Assembly (NCBI GenBank): GCA_951406725.2
Contig: OX597843.1
Location: 2,914,001 to 2,978,000 of the forward strand
DNA length: 64,000 nt
Reading direction: 5' to 3'
Source: Octopus vulgaris
Lineage: Eukaryota
Below, piece after piece: positions 1 to 11,532 of the stretch (position 1 is its first letter; every line of letters starts with the position of its first letter). A program made the position numbers and the translations under genes. The notes under the pieces are model-generated. The model did no database searches. It saw only the letters and a list, made by a program, of their open reading frames with translations, and was not told the origin of the DNA.

Positions 1-135
1 GTGACAAACGACCAGGGCATCAGGTGGTCATGACAGGTGCTAAAAATAACAGCTAAATAGTCCTTGAATCTCACACCAAAAATCATTTGGTTTTTTTATA
101 TAATCGTATGAATTCCCACCCGTAGAACAAATTTA

Positions 136-547
136 GGATATTTTCGGTTTGAACGGCAGTTTTTTTCTAGCGGTGTCATATGAAATTGTCACCCATAATT
201 GTGACCCTAGTATCGATCTATTGCATTTCAATCTGTTTTAGGGTTAGGGGGTGGGGGAAGGGTATCTTTTTTTTATTCACAAATGTAAATAAACCCAATG
301 TTTCTTAAACGAGGGACATATTCATACGGCACACAATGTTTTTTTACCTCAATAGACGTCAGTGATTGGTTGAAATTGCAGAAATTGAAGAAAAAAACCA
401 ACAAATATCTTAGAAACACTAGAATTTTCTCAATAAAGCCAAGAGAAAAAGATGTTTTATAAACACATTCTACCAGTATACGAAGTTTAAAAGTGTTTAG
501 TTACGTGGAAATTATTTTAAAAAACTGCCGGTCAAACCGAAAAATCC
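136..547. mobile_element. Non-autonomous DNA transposon (MITE) with ~30-bp terminal inverted repeats
   Basis: Left end ggatattttcggtttgaacggcagtttttt is the inverted complement of right end aaaaaactgccggtcaaaccgaaaaatcc. Non-coding interior with a ttagggttaggg motif. An inverted copy lies at 40078-40464. No clear target-site duplication, so the superfamily is unassigned. Confidence 0.8.
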
Positions 548-1028
548 ACGCGAAATAGTTTATTAGTTATAATATACCAAATTGTGTTCTACATCTATTA
601 ATTTCTATTGATATAGGTGTGAGGTGAAGAAAGTGAAACTCCAGGGTAGTTGAAAAGGCGCCAATTTTGAAAAATGGGATTATGTGGAAATAGTCTACTA
701 AAAAATGCCATGGGATGAAAACAATTGAACTTAGAATGTTAAGAAAGAAATCCGTAAGCATATGAAAGTGGTTAATAATTCTCCTGTATCTTTAATTAAT
801 TAATTAACCGCAGATATTTTTAATGTCCGACATCATGCTCGCAGCGTAACCGGAAACGGAAATGAAGCAATTATAAATGTCCACCATGGAAGTGTGTGTT
901 CACTTTATACCGAGGTGTATTCACTAAAATGCTTCTACGGAACACTTACGTTCGTATATTTGTACAGTAAAGGATTCTAAGGACAGCTGAACAACAGGAG
1001 ATTCTTCCAGAGAACATTTTCAACACAT

Positions 1029-1321
1029 ACTCTTTTACTTGTATCAGGCATTTGACTGCGGCCATGCTGGAGCACCGCCTTTAATCGAGCAACTCGAACC
1101 CCCAGGACTTATTCTTTTTGTAAACCTAGTACTTATTCTATCGGTGTCTTTTGCTGAACCGCTAAGTTTATTCTTTTACTTGTTTCAGTCATTTGACTGC
1201 GGCCATGCTGGAGCACCGCCTTTAATTGAGCAAATCGACCCCAGGACTTATTCATTGTAAGCCCAGTACTTATTCTATCGGTCTCTTTTTGCCGAGCCGC
1301 TAAGTGACAAACACAGACACA

Positions 1322-1395
<74 letters not shown>

Positions 1396-1561
1396 TACGA
1401 CAGGCTTCTTTCAGTTTCCGTCTACCAAATCCACTCACAAGGCATTGATCGGCCCGGGGGCTATAGCAGAAGACACTTGCCCAAGATGCCACGCAGTGGG
1501 ACTGAACCCGGAACCATGTGGTTGGTAAGCAAGCTACCTACCACACAGCCACTCCTCCGCC
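1029..1561 (-). mobile_element. tRNA-derived SINE family A (one internally deleted copy plus an extra 3' half)
   Basis: Reverse complement of the recurrent ggcgcaggagtggctgtgtggtaag...gggttcagtccc (A/B-box-like head), internal (TA)n(TG)n, and tail ggcggtgctccagcatggccgcagtcaaatgactgaaacaag(taaaagag)n. Confidence 0.85.
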
Positions 1562-2241
1562 TATATATATAAAACTTAAACATATATATCTCCATAATTC
1601 TGTAAACGTGTTTTAAACATCATGCCACGGCGTGTCTACCCGAATATAAAACTATAACTTGTATATCTTCATAAATATATATATATATATATACACAAGT
1701 TAATATATATTATTGACATCTTTCACAGTTTTGATATACATCAAAGAGCAACGATGTTTTTTTACGGAAATCGACGGAAATGTCTACTAGAGACGAAAGA
1801 TCGCCGCAACGATGATTATTTCTGCCGGGTTTTTCAACAAAAAATGTACCTTACCCACAAAGGCTTACCACAGTGATCTCCCTTGTTCCAATCAGCTGTG
1901 ATCGTTCGATATCCTCCCTCATCGATCACCACTAATCATTGCTTTGATCGGATATTTAAGGCATATTTTGTAACGGTTCTGATCAGTTTTTTTTTTATAA
2001 ATGCTATATATCCTTTGATTACAAACGGAAACAACGAAATATCAAGATTGTGTGTGTGTGTGTATGCAATGGGTATGTGTTCGATACAAGATCGATATAT
2101 ATAAATATATATATATATATGCTTAATGTATAATATATACATATTATTCCTATGTATTATCATTAAAATGTAATAATTGCGAAAGACTGTATAGAAATTA
2201 TGTATAACGTGAGTCTCTGAGATACATAAGTTTGTGCGCGC

Positions 2242-2287
<46 letters not shown>

Positions 2288-2405
2288 TGTGTAGAGAGAG
2301 CCAAGCTATATACAAGCACGTGTCGTATGTTTATTCGTATGTATCATCATCGTTGAAATAGTATGATTCGATGACTGACTAAATAAAAATTATAGATTAC
2401 ATGAT

Positions 2406-2438
<33 letters not shown>

Positions 2439-2624
2439 CACAGTGTGTAGAGAGAACCAAACTAGTATGATTCGATGACAGACTAAATAAAAATTATAGA
2501 TTACATGATATATATATATACACACACACTAAGTTCTATTTAGTTTGTGTATATATAAGACAGGCTACATATGTGTGTATAATTGTATAATTTACAATAT
2601 ATACATATGTAAATGTTATTTGTG

Positions 2625-3157
2625 TGTGTTAACATTATTAGCATATGATTTTTGGGGGAGAAAATATATAAATTATATATTACATGTTGCATGTGTGTAT
2701 AAAATATATTTAGTGTATATATGTAATTTGTATGTTGGAGAAAGCTAGATATAGGTATGTTTAATATGCAATATATATGAACGGATTTTATATAATAGAT
2801 ATGTGTTAACATTATTAACATATGATTTTTGGGGGAGAAAATATATAAATTATATATTACATATTGCATGTGTGTATAAAATATATTTAGTGTATATATG
2901 TAATTTGTATGTTGGAGAAAGCTAGATATAGGTATGTTTAATATGCAATATATATGAACGGATTTTATATAATAGATATGTGTTAACATTATTAACATAT
3001 GATTTTTGGGGGAGAAAATATATAAATTATATATTACATATTGCATGTGTGTATAAAATATATTTAGTGTATATATGTAATTTGTATGTTGGAGAAAGCT
3101 AGATATAGGTATGTTTAATATGCAATATATATGAACGGATTTTATATAATAGATATG
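2625..3157. repeat. Tandem repeat, 177-bp unit x3
   Basis: aacattatta recurs at 2631, 2808 and 2985 with near-identical units. This explains the 59-aa periodic minus-strand ORF. Confidence 0.9.
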
Positions 3158-3253
3158 CAAAGTTCAGAAAGTTTTAAATCTGATATATAAAGGAAAAAAG
3201 TCTTTGATTTTGAAATTTACTGGAAATTTTTTGTGGAAATATTTGATGTGAAC

Positions 3254-4867
3254 ATGGAGAAGAGAATACAGTCTCAAGAAAAACTCTTTCCTTGTGAAAC
3301 GTGTGGAAAATCTTTCAGTGAAAAGAGGAATTTGAAAACACACCTAAAAATACATACTGGTGTAAAACCTTATCATTGTGAAATTTGTGGGAAGTGTTTT
3401 TGTAGGAGTGATCACTTAGAAAGGCACATTAAAATTCACACAGGAGACAGGCCATACTGCTGTAAAAATTGTGGGAAGTGTTTTATTGAAAATTGCAATT
3501 TGAAAAAGCATGAGAAGGTTCATAATGGAGAAGAAGTGTTTCTTGAAGTTTTTGGACCATCATTCGATGAAATTAGTAACTTAAATATGGATCAGAAGCT
3601 TGATATTAATGATGGTTGTTTTGATTGTAAAATGTGTGGAAAATCTTTCACTGAAAGTCGGGCTTTGAAAACACATGAGAAGTTGCATAATGGAGAAGAA
3701 GCGTCTCTTGAAGTTTTTGGACCATCGTTCGTTGAAATTAGTAACTTAAATGTGGATGAGAAGCTTGATATTAATGATGGTTGTTTTGATTGTAAAATGT
3801 GTGGAAAATCTTTCACTGAAAGTCGGTCTTTGAAAACACATGAGAAGTTGCATAATGGAGAAGAAGCGTCTCTTGAAGTTTTTGGACCATCGTTCGTTGA
3901 AATTAGTAACTTAAATGTGGATGAGAAGCTTGATATTAATGATGGTTGTTTTGATTGTAAAATGTGTGGAAAATCTTTCACTGAAAGTCGGTCTTTGAAA
4001 ACACATGAAGCTTTACATGCTGCGGAAAGAAGCCATTTGAGTGTAAAATGTGCGGAAATTCTTTCACTGAAAGTCGGTCTTTGAAAACGCATGAAGCTTT
4101 ACATTGCGGAAAGAAGCCATTTGAGTGTAAAATGTGCGGAAAATCTTTCACTGAAAGTCTGTCTTTGAAAACACATGAAGCTTTATGCTGCGGAAAGAAG
4201 CCATTTGAGTGTAAAATGTGCGGAAATTCTTTCACTGAAAGTCGGTCTTTGAAAATGCATGAACTTTTACACTGCAGAGAGAAGCCGTTTGATTGTGATA
4301 TATGTGGGAAATCTTTTAAGCTGTATACCAGTTTAATATCACATGGAACGGTACATACCGGGGAAAAATACTTCCATTGTGAGGTGTGTGGTAAGTCGTT
4401 CAGTGAAATTAAAAGCTTAAAAATACACGAGAAAATCCATGATGGGGAAAAGCAATATTACTGTGAAATTTGCGGAAAATCATTTCTTCGGAAATACCAC
4501 TTGAAAAGCCATATATCTACACACACGGGGGAAAGGCCGTATCGTTGTGAGGTGTGTGGGAAAAGTTTCCTGCGAAATAGCCATTTAAAAAGACATCGTA
4601 CGACGCATACCGGGGAGAAGCCATTCAACTGAAATATGTGGAAAATGTTTTTTCCGCAGTAGTCACTTGGAACGGCATATAAGGACGCATACGGGGGAAA
4701 AACCGTTCCGCTGCGAAATTTGCGGAAAATCTTTCACCGAGAAATGTAGCTTAAAAAGTCATATGGAACGACACAGCAAGGATAAACTTTATCACTGTCA
4801 AGTGTGCGGAAAGGCTTTTAATGTCCGGAATCATTTGAAAGCACATATAAAAATGCATACGGGATAA
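3254..4867 (+). CDS. Multi-finger C2H2 (Kruppel-type) zinc-finger protein, ~16 fingers; frameshifted as assembled (possible pseudogene)
   Basis: ATG at 3254. Repeated CxxC-x12-HxxxH motifs with TGEKP-like linkers run across three ORFs (3233-4084, 4048-4632, 4667-4867). A +2 indel near 4018 and a -2 indel near 4630 (aac-t-gaa for aac-tgt-gaa) join them. No introns are evident. Confidence 0.9.
3509..4003 (+). repeat. 165-bp (55-aa) coding tandem repeat x3 inside the zinc-finger gene
   Basis: The cat-gag/gaa (HE) unit starts at 3509, 3674, 3839 and 4004. Units 2 and 3 are essentially identical. Several 84-bp single-finger repeats follow to about 4270. Confidence 0.9.
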
Positions 4868-6000
4868 AATAGTTTCCATTGTGGAATTTGTGGTAAAACT
4901 TTTAGTGAAAATATTTAATAAGGCTGTGAGGAAAAGACTACAGGCTAGAGAAAAAACTGTCTCCTTGTGAAACGTGGAAAATCTTTCCATAAGAGTGACC
5001 CCTTAGAAATGCACCTTAACCCTTTTGTTACCATATTTCTGTTGAGATGCTCTGTGTTTCTTTCAATTACTTTAAACGTAACGAAGAATTTAGTAAAATA
5101 ACTTAGTTATCATTCAGCTAGTGTTAGGAACATAAACTGTGACTAAGGTTTGGTGGAAGATTTTAATTCAAAACTTATGAAAACAAGACATTTGTATTCA
5201 GAGACAGAGCTGGTTTCAACCAGGTTGGTATCAAAAGGGTTAAAAATTGTTTCTCTATTATATATCTTAACCCTTTTGTTACCATATTCCTGCCCTGAGA
5301 TGCTCTGTGTTTCTTTCCAATTAATTTTAAATATAACAAAGAATTTAGTAAAATAACTTAGTTATCATTCAGCTAGTGTTAGGAACATAAATTGTGACTA
5401 AGGTTTGGTGGAAGATTTTAATTCAGAACTTATGAAAACAAGACATTTGTACTACAGAGCCAGAGGTGGTTTAAGCCAGGTTGGTATCAAAAGGGTTAAG
5501 AATTGATTCTCTATTATATATTTTAACCCTTCTGTTACCCCATTTCTGCTGAGATGCTCTGTATTTCTTTCAATTACTTTAAATATAACAAAGAATTTAG
5601 TAAAATAACTTAGTTATCATTCAGCTAGTGTGAGGAACATAAATTGTGACTAAGGTTTGGTGGAAGACTCTAATTCAAAACTTATGAAAACAAGACATTT
5701 GTACTCAGAGCCGGAGCCGATTTCAGCCGGGTTTGTAACAAAAGGGTTAATCCTGGCCCATATATTCTCCCTGTTATATCCAAACAGGCCAGGTCAGGCC
5801 CCTCGTATCTATTCTACAATGTCAGTATGAAAAATAAACAATCGCATCATCGAAATGTCGGAGGTATGGCGCAATTTATCAATTCAAAACCCAATGCATT
5901 TGATAAAGTAATCTGAATGCTAAGAGGAGAGAAGCTACATCATTGTGAAAAATGCAGAAAGTCTTTAATTAAAAATTTCAATTTAAACATCATCCATTGA
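4868..6000 (+). pseudogene. Decayed 3' zinc fingers of the C2H2 array, interrupted by MITEs
   Basis: After the TAA the frame reads NSFHCGICGKTFSENI*. A broken finger (CET..GKSFHKSDPLEMHL) runs up to the TTAA at 5016, and GEKLHHCEKCRKSLIKNFNLNIIH* appears at 5926-6000. Confidence 0.7.
5016..5750. mobile_element. Three tandem piggyBac-type MITEs (~220 bp each)
   Basis: Copies at 5020-5239, 5271-5495 and 5527-5746. Each is bounded by TTAA with TIRs CCCTTTTGTTACC / GGTATCAAAAGGG (or TGTAACAAAAGGG). TTAA targets and CCC...GGG ends are piggyBac hallmarks. Confidence 0.88.
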
Positions 6001-6539
6001 TGATGATGATGATGATGATGAAGAACCACATCAATACACCAAATTTGAGATCAATTGGAACAAAATAAAAGGAATTGAAAAGTGAAAACCAAACACACAA
6101 TATTCGCCCTCCACCATTTCCACGCTAGCACTGGTCATACAAAATTTGTTGAGGCAGATTTTCTAAGCCTGGATGCTCTTCCCGTCGCTAACCCTCTTCT
6201 GTTTCCGAGCAAGGTAACAATACCCCGTGACTAGACATGTTTTTGTGGCAGATTGACAATGACTAACACAACTATCACATGATGTCAAGTCAGAGACACA
6301 CACACATATGCACATACTTACATACACGATAGGCTTCTTTCAGTTTCTGTCTACCAAATCGGTTCTCAAGGCTTTGATTAATCTGGGGCTATAGTGGAAA
6401 AAAAAAAAAAAAAAACTTGCCCGAGTTGCTGTGTAGTGAGATTGAACTCAAAACCATTTGATTGGGAAGCAAACTTCTTAATCGCACAGCCATGCCTCTA
6501 CATGTGACTTATATTGTAAACAATATTTTGCTCTCTCTC

Positions 6540-6621
6540 TACACACACACATGTATATAGTTATACACACACACACATATATATATACACACACAATTGT
6601 ACTTAGTATATATATATATAT

Positions 6622-6656
<35 letters not shown>

Positions 6657-6758
6657 CATATATATATGTATGTATATATATATGTATATATATATGTATG
6701 TATATATATATGTATATATATGTGTATGTATATATATATATATGTATATATATATATG

Positions 6759-6812
<54 letters not shown>

Positions 6813-6863
6813 CTTATATATGCATATACATATTTATATGTATGTATATATATGCTTTCGGTG

Positions 6864-6908
<45 letters not shown>

Positions 6909-6925
6909 ATATATATGTATATATG
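6540..6925. repeat. (TA)n/(TATG)n microsatellite, representative of dozens in the window
   Basis: Directly visible. Similar tracts occur at 21600-22000, 24170-24560, 27150-27700, 28150-28870, 31340-31730, 35740-36480, 46900-47230, 48490-49050, 53570-54620 and 56960-57120. Confidence 0.95.
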
Positions 6926-7304
6926 TGGTTGTTGTTATCTATGAAGTAGATAATCTGGGATTATCTGTTGTGAGAATTACTTCTTATCTCTTGATAAATA
7001 GATTAAATTATGTAACAAATGCCTGCCAGTTTCTGTCTGTCCGTCTTTTTCATCTTCATCTTTTCAGTCAGGTGGCAAGCTTACAGAATTGTCATCGTCA
7101 TCATTTAACATCCATGTTCCATGCTTGCACGGGTTGGACTGTTTGACAAAAACCCAGTGTGTCTAATGTCTGCATTACGGTTCAATCACTGGCTCAGGAA
7201 TAAAATTCGCTTAGGGGCTGCAAACCCAAGCCCCTAAATTTTTACAAATATGTTGGTTTTTTTATGTATTTATTCATTCATTTGTTTACTCTTTTACCTT
7301 TTTT

Positions 7305-7823
7305 TACTCTTTTACTTGTTTCAGTCATTTGACTGGCGGCCATGCTAGAGCATAAGCCCTTTAATCGAGCAACTCGATTTCTCGGGGACTTATTCTTTTG
7401 CAAGCCCAGTACTTATTCTATCCGTCTATTTTGCCGAACCGCTAAGTAACGGGGACGTAAACACACCAGCATCGGGCTGTCCAAGCCATTGCTAGGGACC
7501 ACACACACACACATCATTCATCATTGTTCGACAATGTAGTCGAGACAATGGAATTTACCATGCTACGCCAGACTTGGTCAATTCCATTGTCTTAACCACG
7601 GTCGAACAATGATGAATGATGTGTGTGTCTGTGTTTGTCCCCCTAGCATTGCTTGACAACCGATGCTGGTGTGTTTATGTCCCCGTCACTTAGCAGTTCG
7701 GCAAAAGAGACCGATAGAATAAGTATTAGGCTTACAAAAAGAATAAGTCCTGGGGTCGAGTTGTTCGATTAAAGGTGGTGCTCCAGCATAGCTGCAGTCA
7801 AAATGTCTGAAACAAGAAAAGAG
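7305..7823. repeat. ~520-bp palindrome: two inverted SINE-A 3' halves plus an inner hairpin
   Basis: 7305-7510 (-) mirrors 7620-7823 (+). Inner arms catcattcatcattgttcgac...agacaatggaatt / aattccattgtct...gtcgaacaatgatgaatgatg enclose a ~14-nt loop near 7561-7574. Confidence 0.85.
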
Positions 7824-7929
7824 AAATCCATCCAACGGTTCTTGAGATATTTTGTCCACAGACAAACAAACCCCACTGAAAACAATACCTCCGCCTTAGC
7901 AAAGGTTAATAATAATAATAATAATAAAT

Positions 7930-8483
7930 GCCCTGATGCAGCACCAAGCAGTGGCTCTCATGGCTTCTGATCTTAACTGATTGGAAGTGTTATCATGTAC
8001 ATTGTTTTGTCTTGGTATAAAAGATGGGCTACAGCAAATATTCTGCTCAATACCACATATTTGCTTGTCAGTTGTTTGACCTTAACCAGTTGAGCATGTC
8101 CCTTAGTGGCTGACGATATGTGCATCTCTGATCATGAGCAGAAGTAGTCAGGGAGCATCATAGCCATGTGTTGAGAGGGATTCTTTGGGGTTTGAATAAT
8201 TCACCTCTGGAAACATGGGTGGTTCTTTCAACATCCTTAAACAACCCTTATTCAGGGACCTTTTGAGCGGGATGGGCTACTCAACCTGAAGAAAATTCTG
8301 GCTGGGCCCCACCTGCAAGGTCATGTGCTGTTTATCTTGATATGAGATCACCATGTCGCGCACATATGGTTGTGATGCATGTGCCTGGTATACCCTTATC
8401 AGACGGGTAGTCATGATGGGTATATTGGGCTTCGTACATTTTACCCCAGTGTTACTTTGATGGCATGAACTGCTCTCTCACTC

Positions 8484-8485
<2 letters not shown>
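7930..8485 (+). mobile_element. Non-coding interspersed element flanked on both sides by (AAT)n; probable LINE 3' UTR (R4/Dong-like)
   Basis: Bounded by (aat)n at 7908-7928 and 8484-8520. Partial copies at 9617-9778 (also preceded by (aat)n) and 63038-63210. The clade is inferred only from the microsatellite context. Confidence 0.6.
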
Positions 8486-8518
<33 letters not shown>

Positions 8519-8721
8519 TAATAACAAACACAATAAAATATCTTTTGGTGAGATTATTTTATTTCTTTGGTTTACAATTTACGTTTCAAAAGAAAACAGT
8601 TTAAAAAATGAAAAATTATACGAAAAACAAACATTATTATTATTATTATTATAAAGAAATGTACTCAAACAATAAAGACCAAAATAAATAAATAAATACA
8701 GATAATAATAATAACAATAAT

Positions 8722-9594
8722 AACGGTTTCAAATTTTGGCACAAGGCCAGCAATTTTCGGAGAGGTGAAAGCGTCGATAAAATCAAGCTCAGTATTCAAT
8801 TCGTACTTAATTTATCGACCCCGAGAGGATGAAGAGGCAAAGTCGACCTCGGCGGAATTTGAACTCAGAACGGAGTGGCAGACGAGAAATACCTACTTCT
8901 ATTTCTTTACATACCCCACAAGGGGATAAACACAGGGGATACACAAGAACAGACCATAGGTATTAAGTCGATTATATCAACCCCAGTGCATAACTGGTAC
9001 TTAATTATCGACCCCGGTTTCAAATTCTTGGCACAAGGCCAGCAATTTTCGGAGAGGTGAAACGTCGATAAAATCAAGCTCAGTATTCAATTCGTACTTA
9101 ATTTATCGACCCCGAGAGGATGAAAGGCAAAGTCGACCTCGGCGGAATTTGAACTCAGAACGGAGTGGCAGACGAAATACCTACTTCTATTTCTTTACTA
9201 CCCACAAGGGGATAAACACAGGGGACACACAAGAACAGACATAGGTATTAAGTCGATTATATCAACCCCAGTGCATAACTGGTACTTATTTAATCGACCC
9301 CGAAAGGATGAAAGGCAAAGTCGACCTCGGCGGAATTTGAACTCAGAACGTAGTGGCAGACGAAATACCTACTTCTATTTCTTTACTACCCACAAGGGGA
9401 TAAACACAGGGGACACACAAGAACAGACATAGGTATTAAGTCGATTATATCAACCCCAGTGCATAACTGGTACTTAATTTATCGACCCCGAAAGAACGAA
9501 GGGCAAAGTCGACCCTGGTGCAGTTTAAACTCGGAGGAATGCCGCTGTTAAGCATTTTATCCGGCGTGCTAACGTTTCTGACAGCTCACCACCT
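8722..9594 (-). mobile_element. Head-to-tail array of tRNA-derived SINE family C
   Basis: Repeated ~188-bp units containing gaggtcgactttgcctttcatcc and the B-box gagttcaaattcc on the minus strand. A single complete head lies at about 9540-9594. Confidence 0.85.
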
Positions 9595-9845
9595 TAATAG
9601 TAATAATAATAATAATGACCTTAACCAGCTGAGCATGTCCCCTAGTGGCTGACGATATGTGCACCTATGATCACGAGCAGAAGTAGTGGGGTAGCATCAT
9701 AGCCATGTGTTGAGAGGGATTCTTTGGTGTTTGGATAATTTACCTTTGGAAACATAGGTGGTTCGTTCAACATCCTTAAGCCCAGTACTTATTCTATCGA
9801 TCTCTTTTGCCAAACCGCTAAGTAACGGGGACGTAAATACACCAG

Positions 9846-9945
9846 NNNNNNNNNNNNNNNNNNNNNNNNNNNNNNNNNNNNNNNNNNNNNNNNNNNNNNN
9901 NNNNNNNNNNNNNNNNNNNNNNNNNNNNNNNNNNNNNNNNNNNNN
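9846..9945. other. Assembly gap (100 N)
   Basis: Run of N. A SINE-A fragment (9779-9845) runs into it. Confidence 1.
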
Positions 9946-10152
9946 TATGTGTTATGCCCGTACAAATATATGTATGTATTTATTAATGCGAGTATCTGTA
10001 TGTATATGTATGTATAGGTTATTTCATGGATGTGTTTATGAGCTGTGGTTGTCGCTGCGTTTATATTAAGACAGTGTCCGTAACAGTGATCAACCGTTCG
10101 TTCAATTAAAGAGTTTTATATGAATGTATGTATGTATATATATATATATATG

Positions 10153-10309
10153 TGTGGCTGTGTGGTAAGTAGCTTGCTAACCAACCACATGGTTCCGGGT
10201 TCAGTCCCACTGCGTGGCATCTTGGGCAAGTGTCTTCTGCTATAGCCTCGGGCAAACCAATGCATTGTGAGTGGATTTGGTAGACGGAAACTGAAAGAAG
10301 CCTGTCGTA

Positions 10310-10378
<69 letters not shown>

Positions 10379-10593
10379 GTGTGTTTGTGTGTCTGTGTTT
10401 GTCCTCCTAGCATTGCTTGACAACCGATGCTGGTGTGTTTACGTCCCCGTCACTTAGCGGTTCGGCAAAAGAGACCGATAGGATAAGTACTGGGCTTACA
10501 AAGAATAAGTCACGGGGTCGATTTACTCGACTAAAGGCGGTGCTCCAGCATGGCCGCAGTCAAATGACTGAAACAAGTAAAAGAGTAAAAGAG
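10153..10593 (+). mobile_element. SINE family A, near full length
   Basis: Head, internal (TA)n(TG)n and (taaaagag)n tail match the family. Confidence 0.9.
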
Positions 10594-10628
10594 ATATATA
10601 AATGTATGTATGTGTGTGTGTCTATGTC

Positions 10629-10788
10629 GGCGCCGGGTTCAATGGTTGGAGCGTCGAGCTTAAGATCGTGAGGTTGTGAGTTCGATTCCCGGACCGGGCT
10701 GCGTGTTGTGTTCTTGAGCAATGCACTTTATTTCACGTTGCTCCAGTTCACTCAGATGTAGAAATGAATTGTGACGTCAATGGTGCCA
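10629..10788 (+). mobile_element. tRNA-derived SINE family B (5' part)
   Basis: A-box-like ggttcaatggttgg and B-box gagttcgattccc, then gtgttcttgagcaa...tttcacgttgctccagttcactcag. Related fragments at about 48062-48160 (-) and a degenerate one at about 50990-51055. Confidence 0.7.
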
Positions 10789-10919
10789 TGGTGTGCGTAT
10801 TTTATGGTGAAGGCTCATGGTTCAGTGGTCGCCTGTATTCAGCTTACCATTATACCATCGTAAGTATTGATACCCGGTCTCGTGCTCTATTCTTATCAAA
10901 AAACGCGCCACCACACACA

Positions 10920-11012
<93 letters not shown>

Positions 11013-11154
11013 AATTAATAAATAAAACATGTATATATACATACATATATGTACATACCTACCTCTACATGTATATATACATGCATATATGGGTACAGAA
11101 CAATAACACAAGGAAATTTCCCCTTCTTCAGTCGCCATGGTTTCATCTACTCTA

Positions 11155-11221
<67 letters not shown>

Positions 11222-11226
<5 letters not shown>

Positions 11227-11395
11227 TTATTTGAGGGAATAAAATCCAAACTTACAAGGAAAAAAATTCAATTTAGAAATACTAAACCAAATTTCACACA
11301 ATATAATATATAAAAAATATATGTAATTTTCTAGATAGTGTAATTTAATTGTTCATTTTGAATTGATAAAAGGTGTTTTGTTTTCTAATTTCATA
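11222..11395. repeat. AT-rich interspersed repeat inserted in (TA)n
   Basis: taattattatttgagggaata..aatccaaacttaca and gaattgataaaagg recur at 56876-57290. Confidence 0.6.
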
Positions 11396-11532
11396 TATAT
11401 ATATAATATAGGGTGAAATTAATTAATTTGGAATAATCATTAATTTCACCAAGTAGATTTCGGTATGTAAAAGCCCCATTCAAGGAAGGTTTAAGTAATA
11501 CTAAGTTGCTAAACCCTTAATTACTTAGTCTA

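Noticed and set aside
236-258. TTAGGG repeats as interstitial telomere (also ~40340-40365)
   Set aside because: Only 2-3 units, internal to the MITE.
2540-3160. 206-aa periodic minus-strand ORF
   Set aside because: By-product of an AT-rich 177-bp repeat whose length is a multiple of 3. No protein-like features.
3592-4235. Minus-strand ORFs over the zinc-finger gene
   Set aside because: Antisense shadows of the repetitive coding strand.
6551-7146. YI/CV/HT dipeptide ORFs here and throughout the window
   Set aside because: (TA)n, (TG)n and (CATA)n translations.
8880-9520. CRISPR-like regular repeats
   Set aside because: Whole units repeat without unique spacers, there are no cas genes, and the context is a eukaryotic SINE array.
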